In this document: positions 57,318 to 64,000 of the stretch, one piece after another
Layout: the number at the start of each line of letters is the position of its first letter
How positions within the stretch are numbered: position 1 is the first letter of the stretch
Origin: an uncultured Candidatus Binatia bacterium
GTDB taxonomy: Bacteria > Desulfobacterota > Binatia > UBA9968 > JAJDTQ01
Reading direction: 5' to 3'
Assembly: GCA_965215605.1 (NCBI GenBank)
Contig: OZ244070.1
Location: forward strand, 928,001 to 992,000
DNA: 64,000 nt
Position numbers and translations under genes: made by a program
The notes under the pieces: model-generated
What the model saw: only the letters and a program-made list of their open reading frames with translations
Databases searched by the model: none
What the model was told of the DNA's origin: nothing

Positions 57318-58388
57318 ATGAGCATCGCACTGTCCCACGGCGGAACGACCATGTATTCGTCCCCCTCCCGTTCCGACGAACTGTGGGTGGGGACGCGCAA
57401 GGGCATCGCAGTGCTGGAACGCGGCTCCGGCGGCTGGCGTGTCGCCCGCCACATGCTGGAGGACAAGCACATCAGCGCCATCCACCAGGAACCGGAGAGC
57501 GGCCTGCTCTTCGTCGGGGCGTTTCACGCGGGGCTTTACGCAAGCGGCGACCACGGCGCCACCTGGGAGGCGCGCGAGAACGGCCTGACCGAGCTGGACG
57601 TCTACAGCATCAATTCGTCGCGCAGCAACGGCCGCACCCGGCTCTACGCCGGGACCGAGCCCGCGCACCTGTTCTGCAGCGACGACCTGGGCGAGCACTG
57701 GACTGAGCTGCCGGCGCTGCGGTCGGTGCCCAGCGCGCCCAACTGGAAGTTCCCGGTGCCGCCGCACATCGCCCACGCCAAGCACATCAACTTCGATCCG
57801 CACGACCCCGACACCGTGTACGTGAGCGTCGAGGTGGGGGGCCTCCTCAGGAGCCGGGACCGCGGCGAGTCCTTCGAGGAGCTTCTCGGGATCTACGAGG
57901 ATGCCCACAGGCTGCTGATCCACCCGCAGGACTCCGATCGCCTGTATGAAGTGACCGGACGCGGGTTGTACGTCTCGGCGGACGGCGGAAAGAACTTCGA
58001 GGAGCGGCTCGTGCGGCCGTGCGAGAACGGCGATTACCCGGACGGATGCGTGCTCAATCCGCTGAATCCCGACATGATGTTCCTGAGCGCGGCGCAGTAC
58101 AACCCGGGCCAGTGGCAAAGGACCCACTTCGCCGGCGCGCGCATCTCGCGCAGCCTGAACGGCGGGCAAACCTGGGAGATCCTGCGCAACGGACTCCCGG
58201 ACCGCCTGCAGGCGAGCATCGAAGCGCTGTGCCTGGAAGCGGCGGGCGATTCGGTTTCGGTCTTCGCCGCCACCACCAGCGGCGAGGTCTATTCCAGTGA
58301 CGATGCCGGGGATAGCTGGTCCGTCATCGCTAGCGGACTGGCGCCCGTCTCCAAGGACTTCCACTACAAGGACCTGCAGGCAGCATAG
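57318..58388 (+). CDS. BNR/Asp-box repeat beta-propeller protein
   Basis: S.D.G.TW Asp-boxes, GTEPAHL, EVGG..RSRD; AAGGAGG RBS; no signal peptide. Confidence 0.85.
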   Translation: MSIALSHGGTTMYSSPSRSDELWVGTRKGIAVLERGSGGWRVARHMLEDKHISAIHQEPESGLLFVGAFHAGLYASGDHGATWEARENGLTELDVYSINSSRSNGRTRLYAGTEPAHLFCSDDLGEHWTELPALRSVPSAPNWKFPVPPHIAHAKHINFDPHDPDTVYVSVEVGGLLRSRDRGESFEELLGIYEDAHRLLIHPQDSDRLYEVTGRGLYVSADGGKNFEERLVRPCENGDYPDGCVLNPLNPDMMFLSAAQYNPGQWQRTHFAGARISRSLNGGQTWEILRNGLPDRLQASIEALCLEAAGDSVSVFAATTSGEVYSSDDAGDSWSVIASGLAPVSKDFHYKDLQAA

Positions 58389-58450
58389 CCCAGGCCCTTC
58401 CCGGCACGGCCGGGCATACACAAAGAGAGAAGAGCCTCCGCGGCCGGCGC

Positions 58451-58479
58451 ACGGGGGCGGGTTCCATACCCGCCCCCGT
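58451..58479. repeat. REP-like / terminator hairpin
   Basis: ACGGGGGCGGGT-TCCAT-ACCCGCCCCCGT. Confidence 0.55.
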
Positions 58480-58558
58480 GTCGGTCCGCGGGAGCGGACA
58501 ACAGACAACGGCGCGAACGTGCAAGGGATACGTCGGGCCGCGCAACGGGGATGACGGG

Positions 58559-59575
58559 ATGAAGTTCGGTTTGTTGGTTGATTGCCATGTACGCGAGGGT
58601 CGGACGCAGACTCTCGCTTTCGACGAGTTGTTCGACCAAGTGGATGCCGCCGAAGCCATGGGGCTGGATTCCATCTGGATCGTCGAGCATCATTTCCGGC
58701 CCAAGGCCTCGGTGCTCTCCGCATCCATGATGGTGGCCGGGGCCATTGCCGCGCGCACCGAGCGCGTCCGCATCGGCACGGCGGTGCAGGTGCTGCCGCT
58801 GGGCAACCCGCTGCGCATCGCGGAAGAGGTGGCCTCCATCGACCACATCAGCCACGGAAGGTTCGACTTCGGTGTCGGCCGCAGCAGCATCCCCAAGTTC
58901 TACGACGGCTTCAACATCCCCTACTCGGAAAGCACGGCGCGTTTCGCCGAGTCCTTCGAGATCGTCTTGCGCGCCTTCAGCCAGGAAACCTTCTCCTTCG
59001 AAGGCGACTACTACTCCTACCACGACGTCAGCATCTCGCCGCGGCCGCTCCAGCAACCCTATCCCCCCATCTACATGGCCGTGCGCACGCCCGAGGGCTT
59101 CGCACACACGGCCCGCAGCGGATTCAACGTGGTGCTGTGGTTCATGGGCGACTACTACGAGGACCGCCTGCAGATCTACCGCGACGAATGGCAGGCCGCG
59201 GGCCATGCCGAGCCGCCGGAGATTCACATACGCGTGCCGGTCTTCGTGGCCGAATCCGAGGAGCAGGCGCGGGAAATCCCCCGGGCCAGCGTGGTTCACG
59301 ACCTCCACCGGGTCATCGCCGAAGCCACTGCCATGAACGCCGCCGACCGCGTGGCCCAGGCCGAACGGCACCTGAGCGACTACGACGAGTTCCTGCGCAC
59401 CCGCATGGTGTTCGGCTCACCCGAGTCGGTGGTGGACCGCATCGAGGAATTCCGGGAGCGCATGGGCCTCACCGGCCTGATCCTGGACATGAACCACGGC
59501 GGCCAGATCCCCCACGAGCAGGTCGTCAACTCCATCAAGCTGCTGACCGAGAAAGTGGCGCCGCGGCTGGCGTAG
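58559..59575 (+). CDS. LLM class flavin-dependent oxidoreductase
   Basis: MKFGL, WIVEHHF, PLRIAEE, GRFDFGVGRS, PRPLQQPYPPI. Confidence 0.92.
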   Translation: MKFGLLVDCHVREGRTQTLAFDELFDQVDAAEAMGLDSIWIVEHHFRPKASVLSASMMVAGAIAARTERVRIGTAVQVLPLGNPLRIAEEVASIDHISHGRFDFGVGRSSIPKFYDGFNIPYSESTARFAESFEIVLRAFSQETFSFEGDYYSYHDVSISPRPLQQPYPPIYMAVRTPEGFAHTARSGFNVVLWFMGDYYEDRLQIYRDEWQAAGHAEPPEIHIRVPVFVAESEEQAREIPRASVVHDLHRVIAEATAMNAADRVAQAERHLSDYDEFLRTRMVFGSPESVVDRIEEFRERMGLTGLILDMNHGGQIPHEQVVNSIKLLTEKVAPRLA

Positions 59576-59625
59576 GCGCGCAGCGCCTGTCATCCCTCGC
59601 AGAACGGACGCCCACCCATGAACGG

Positions 59626-60438
59626 CTACTCTCCCGGCTCCCATGCGTCCTCGTCGGCGGGTTCGGCGCCATACGTGTAATCGAACAGTTGGCCGTATCC
59701 TTCCACATCCGAGTACACGTGCGCCAGGCCCAGCCCGGCCCACATCATCGCCTGCATGCTGGTGACTACCGGGACGCCGAGGTCCTGCTCCAAACTGTCG
59801 ATGATCGCCACGCTGGGCATGAGGGCGCCGGTGATCCAGATGCCGTCGGCGGCCGGGGTCGAGAGGAAGAGATCCTTGGCGGCGTGGTAGACCTCCGCCA
59901 GGGGCATGGTGGAGACGCCGTAGCGCCGTGACATGGCGGCCTCGTCGGACGGCCACAGGGAGCGCCGCCCCACCACGTCGATGCCTGCGTGGCCGACGTA
60001 TTCGGCGAGCTGCCGGTCCATGGACTCGTCGAAGGGTGTCAGCATGGCCACGCGCCCCATGCCCAGGGTATGCATGCCTCGGATGCAGGCGCCGATGTCC
60101 GTGGCAAAGGGAATGTCGGTGTGGCCCGCCACCTCCGCCAGCAGCTTCTCCTCGAAGCCCCATCCACGGGTGACCACCAGCGGCACCCCGGCCTGGATGA
60201 TGGAATCCACCCGCCGGTCCTCCAGTTCGCCCACGGCCACGTCCATGCGGCCCACCGCGTCATCGTACTGCTGCTGGGTCAACTGGGTGACGTGGAGCGA
60301 GGTCATCACGATGGTGACGCCGTCCGGCGCCATGAGATAGAACTCGTAGCCGTTGTTCTCGTGGCCCGGGCTGGGGGTGACGAACCCGATGCGGGCGCGC
60401 CAGCCGTAGGTGGCCCCAAGGGGAGGTTTCAATGCCAT
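59626..60438 (-). CDS. Asp/Glu racemase-like, maleate cis-trans isomerase / arylmalonate decarboxylase family protein
   Basis: GWRARIG...PS, P.GV, LTPF, LEQDLGVPVVTS; canonical Cys positions are Gly. Confidence 0.8.
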   Translation of the reverse strand: MALKPPLGATYGWRARIGFVTPSPGHENNGYEFYLMAPDGVTIVMTSLHVTQLTQQQYDDAVGRMDVAVGELEDRRVDSIIQAGVPLVVTRGWGFEEKLLAEVAGHTDIPFATDIGACIRGMHTLGMGRVAMLTPFDESMDRQLAEYVGHAGIDVVGRRSLWPSDEAAMSRRYGVSTMPLAEVYHAAKDLFLSTPAADGIWITGALMPSVAIIDSLEQDLGVPVVTSMQAMMWAGLGLAHVYSDVEGYGQLFDYTYGAEPADEDAWEPGE

Positions 60439-60513
60439 GGGTGTCTCCTGGAAATCAACGCTCCACCGCCTGCTCCGCGCTTCAGGCGGAGCAGGCGGCA
60501 TTCGTGCCGGAGG

Positions 60514-61635
60514 CTACAGTCCGTAGAGCCGCCTGGGGTTGGCGTCGAGGATGGCGTCCTTGGCAGCATCGGAGATGTCGGTGCGCTCCCGCAACATTCG
60601 CGCGGCAAAGCGTTCCCGGTCGCCGTGGGGCATGTCCGTCCCCATGACGATCTGTCCCTGCCCCACCTCGGCCATCACCTGCGGCAGCAGCGAATCCTCG
60701 ATCTCGGCGCTGAAGAAGAGGTTCCCCTTCTTCACGTAGTCCATGGCCGGCAGCGCCTGCGCGGGGACGCACTCCGGGAGGAACTTCAACAGCAGCTCGC
60801 CCTGGTTCTCGTAGCGGTGCTTCAGCCGGTCGAGCATGAAGGGCACCCACATGCACCCGGCCTCCAGGAACACCACTCGCATGTCCGGATGCCGGTCGAG
60901 GACGCCGCCGGCAATGAGCGAGGTGCAGGCCATCAGCACCGGCATGTGGAAGGCGATGACGCCGGAGGGATAGATATGGGAATAGAGGTTGTTCACCGAC
61001 GGGCAGGACCAGCCCACGTGGACCCCCAACGCCAGGTTGTTTCCTTCCACGGCTTCATAGAACGGCAGCAGCACGTCGTCGTCCAGCAGACGGTCTCCCG
61101 CGGTCCCCAGCACCATGACGGACACGGCTCCGAGGCTCGCGGCCTCATTCACCGAGCGCACGGCGCCGTCCACGTCGTCGAGGTTCACCACCGCGGACCA
61201 CTTGATGCGGTCGTTGCCACTCAGCCGGTCTCCCAGCCAGCGGTTGTACGAGTCGCACAGCGCCGTGGCCAAGGGGACGTTGTCGGTCAGCGGGTAGGCG
61301 AGAAAGAGCGTCGTGTACACCACCTGCACGGCGATCTCCTCCTCGTCCATGATCGCCAGCCGCTCGGGGACGTTGGTGAGATCCTGGCTGCCGACGCTGT
61401 CCACCTTGCCCACCGAGTGTTTCGCGAGCTCGCCGTTGATGGTCAGGGGCGTTCCGAGGTTGTTGCAGCCCCGGCCTACCCGGCGCGGGAAGAGCTGCTC
61501 GTCGATCATCCAGTAGGCCATGCCGTCCACCCCCACCACCCGGGGCTTCTGCCCGCGGAAATTGGGGTCCAGGTACTTGTCGTCGAAAGTCTCCAGGCAC
61601 TCTTCCACGTGGCCATCAGCGTCTACACAGTCCAT
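60514..61635 (-). CDS. Amidohydrolase_2 family protein
   Basis: DADGHV, SYNRWL, GVHVG, EAGC.W.P, TDMPH, NPRRLYGL. Confidence 0.9.
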   Translation of the reverse strand: MDCVDADGHVEECLETFDDKYLDPNFRGQKPRVVGVDGMAYWMIDEQLFPRRVGRGCNNLGTPLTINGELAKHSVGKVDSVGSQDLTNVPERLAIMDEEEIAVQVVYTTLFLAYPLTDNVPLATALCDSYNRWLGDRLSGNDRIKWSAVVNLDDVDGAVRSVNEAASLGAVSVMVLGTAGDRLLDDDVLLPFYEAVEGNNLALGVHVGWSCPSVNNLYSHIYPSGVIAFHMPVLMACTSLIAGGVLDRHPDMRVVFLEAGCMWVPFMLDRLKHRYENQGELLLKFLPECVPAQALPAMDYVKKGNLFFSAEIEDSLLPQVMAEVGQGQIVMGTDMPHGDRERFAARMLRERTDISDAAKDAILDANPRRLYGL

Positions 61636-61737
61636 TTCTCACCTCCGTCGATTCACGGTACATTGATCGGTTCAACATTGTAGACACCACGCCAGGTTGT
61701 CAAGTCACCGGTCATTCCCGGCAATGGAGTCCATCCC

Positions 61738-63096
61738 ATGAGCACTGTGGATACGGAGGTCACCAAACGCCTCGCGGAGTGGGTCTGCGAATCGGACTTC
61801 TCGTCCGTACCCGATGCGGTGCGCGGCGAAGCCGCGCGTACCCTGCTCAACTGGATGGGCTGCGCGGTGGGGGGGTCGGGCCACGAATCCGTGGACATCA
61901 CGTTGCGGGCGCTGGGCCCCTTCATGGGGACACCGCAGGCTTCGGTGCTGGGCCGGACGGAACGAGCGGACGTGCTGCACGCAGCGCTGCTCAACGGCCT
62001 CAGCTCCCATGTGTTCGACTTCGACGACACCCACCTGAAGACCATCATCCATCCGGCCGGGCCGGTGGCGTCGGCGCTGGTGCCGCTGGCCGAGCACCGT
62101 CCGGTCTCCGGCCGGGACTTCCTCCACGCGCTGATCCTCGGGGTCGAAGTGGAATGCCGCATCGGCAACGCCGTCTACCCGGACCACTACGACACGGGCT
62201 GGCACATCACCGGCACCGCCGGGGTGTTCGGCGCCGCGGCGGCCGCCGGGCGCCTGCTGGGACTGGACGTTCAACGCATGTGCTGGGCGTTGGCGGGGGC
62301 CGCCACCCAGGCCGCGGGGCTGCGGGAGATGTTCGGCACCATGTTGAAGCCCTTCCTCATCGGACGGGCGGCCCAGAACGGCCTGGCCGCCGCCCTGCTG
62401 GCAGCCGAGGGGCTGACCGGCTCCGAGCGGGCCCTCGAAGCACCGCGGGGATTCGCCCGGGTGCTGTCGACGAAACAGGACTACGCCGCCATCTGCGACG
62501 GCCTCGGCCAAAGCTACGAGATCCTGCTCAACACCTACAAGCCCTACCCTTGCGGCGTGGTGATCCATCCGAGCCTCGACGGCTGCATCCGACTGAAGCA
62601 GGAACACGGGCTCACGGGCGAAGACATCGAGGCCGTGGAGCTGCGGGTCCACCCGCTGGTGTTGGAGCTCACCGGGAACAGGACGCCTCAGACCGGGCTC
62701 CAGGGCAAATTCAGCGTGTACCACGCGGCGGGGGCCGCCCTCGTGCTCGGACGAGCGGGTGTAGCCGAGTTCACCGACGAGGTGGTGCAGGATCCACGGG
62801 TCACGGCGGTGCGCGACCGCGTGTCCGCGGTGGTGGACGACCACATCCGTGAAGCGGCTGCCGTGGTTACGATACGGCTGAAGGACGGCCGCACCGTCGA
62901 GGAGGCGGTCGAACAGGCGTCCGGCAGCCTCGAATGTCCGTTAACCGATGGAGCCATGGACGAAAAGGTCCACGGCCTCGCCGATCCGACGCTGGGGACG
63001 GCGGCGACCCGGGAGATGATCCGCGCCTGCCGGGGAGTGGCGGCGCTGGAGGATGCCGGGGACCTTGCCCGCGCGGCCACGCCGACCCCGGCATAA
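61738..63096 (+). CDS. MmgE/PrpD family protein
   Basis: FDFDDTH...IIHP, GWH.TGT, KPYPCG...HP, GKFSVYH. Confidence 0.92.
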   Translation: MSTVDTEVTKRLAEWVCESDFSSVPDAVRGEAARTLLNWMGCAVGGSGHESVDITLRALGPFMGTPQASVLGRTERADVLHAALLNGLSSHVFDFDDTHLKTIIHPAGPVASALVPLAEHRPVSGRDFLHALILGVEVECRIGNAVYPDHYDTGWHITGTAGVFGAAAAAGRLLGLDVQRMCWALAGAATQAAGLREMFGTMLKPFLIGRAAQNGLAAALLAAEGLTGSERALEAPRGFARVLSTKQDYAAICDGLGQSYEILLNTYKPYPCGVVIHPSLDGCIRLKQEHGLTGEDIEAVELRVHPLVLELTGNRTPQTGLQGKFSVYHAAGAALVLGRAGVAEFTDEVVQDPRVTAVRDRVSAVVDDHIREAAAVVTIRLKDGRTVEEAVEQASGSLECPLTDGAMDEKVHGLADPTLGTAATREMIRACRGVAALEDAGDLARAATPTPA

Positions 63097-63177
63097 GGCG
63101 GCCATCCGCGTGATCGTGGTGCCGCTACCTGTCCTCGGGCGGATGGACCGTTGACGGCCCGTCCGAAAGGAGAACCC

Positions 63178-64000
63178 ATGTCGGATCACTACGACGTCAT
63201 CATCATCGGCGGGGGCTCGGGCGGCTGCGTCGCCGCCGCCCGGCTGAGCGAGGACCCGCGCCGCAAGGTGTTGCTACTGGAGGCCGCCACGGACCCGCGG
63301 CCAACGCCGGACACCGTCCGGCTGGCCAGCGGCAAGGACCGGCTCTGGTTCGAGAGTCCCTACATCGACACGCTGCCCGTCGAGCGGCCCATCGACGGAA
63401 GCCTGTTCTACCCCATGGCCGGGAGGATCATGGGCGGAGGCTCGTCGGTCAACGCCATGGGCTGGGTCTGGCCGCTCCGCTACGACATGGAGCGGTGGGT
63501 GGCCGCCGGCAATCCCGACTGGTCGTGGGAAACGGTCCACGAGGTGCTGAAACGGATCGAAGCGGACCAGGACTTCCCCGACGACCCCGAACACGGCCAC
63601 GCCGGACCGGTCTACGTCGAGCGCCCTTTCAGCCTGGACTCGGACCTGTCTCCGGTGATCCGGGCCTATGTCGACGGCGCCGCCGAGATGGGCGTCCCGC
63701 GCCTGCCCGACACCAACCTCCCGGATCCCGTGGGCGTGGGCCCCGGGGTTTGCAACATCAAGGGCGACGTCCGCCAATCCGTGGTGGTGAGCTATCTCGA
63801 CCCGGCCCGTGGGCGTCCGAACCTCACCATCAAGGCGGAAGCACCGGTGCTGGGGCTGACCCTGTCGGGCGGCCGGGTGGACGGGGTGCGCTACGAAAGG
63901 GACGGCGAAGTCCACACGGACACCGCCGGCCAGGTAGTGCTGCTGGCGGCCGGCGCCTACCGCAGCCCGCAGCTCCTGCTCCTGTCGGGCATCGGCCCGG
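63178..64000 (+). CDS. GMC family oxidoreductase (choline dehydrogenase-like), runs off window end
   Basis: DVIIIGGGSGG, RLSED, GRIMGGGSSVN, AAGAYRSPQLLLLSGIGP; AAGGAG RBS. Confidence 0.92.
   Translation, partial: MSDHYDVIIIGGGSGGCVAAARLSEDPRRKVLLLEAATDPRPTPDTVRLASGKDRLWFESPYIDTLPVERPIDGSLFYPMAGRIMGGGSSVNAMGWVWPLRYDMERWVAAGNPDWSWETVHEVLKRIEADQDFPDDPEHGHAGPVYVERPFSLDSDLSPVIRAYVDGAAEMGVPRLPDTNLPDPVGVGPGVCNIKGDVRQSVVVSYLDPARGRPNLTIKAEAPVLGLTLSGGRVDGVRYERDGEVHTDTAGQVVLLAAGAYRSPQLLLLSGIGP

Noticed and set aside
61677-61703. Minus-strand TTGACA/TACAAT promoter for the amidohydrolase
   Set aside because: The hexamers are good but the spacer is only 15 bp; not listed without transcript data
1-64000. 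CRISPR array, rRNA, intact transposase or prophage
   Set aside because: No regularly spaced repeats, rRNA-like sequence, or complete DDE/integrase/phage structural genes seen

Overview
This is a GC-rich bacterial chromosome segment. The gene content (expanded amidohydrolase_2, luciferase-like monooxygenase, Bug/TctC, BNR-propeller and alpha/beta-hydrolase paralogs, plus secreted ankyrin and Kelch proteins) suggests, by inference only, an uncultured Binatia/Deltaproteobacteria-like organism, possibly host- or sponge-associated. The backbone is catabolic and housekeeping genes: tesA-ybbAP, M18 aminopeptidase, nfo, a paaFGH(H')J-like beta-oxidation operon with TetR, AsmA, rnr, tRNA-Val(CAC), PrpD and a GMC oxidoreductase. 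Several features are missed by the ORF track. (1) An 88-codon AhpD/CMD-like selenoprotein candidate has a CxxU motif and a correctly placed bacterial SECIS hairpin (34325-34591, minus). (2) A decayed islet after rnr (about 50917-54134) carries a RelE/Gp49 toxin fragment, a TbpB-like barrel plus Slam remnant, an intact lipoprotein with a eukaryote-like C2 domain split by a coiled-coil/Cys-rich insertion, a secreted ankyrin and a tyrosine-integrase tail. (3) An RHH + DUF6036 nucleotidyltransferase pair has a palindromic operator over its -35 box. (4) A Tat-type binding protein, an output-less HAMP sensor and an OFA MFS transporter form one operon. (5) There are several pseudogene scars and REP/MITE-like hairpins. 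No CRISPR array or rRNA was seen. All family assignments come from motif recognition by eye, not from database searches.
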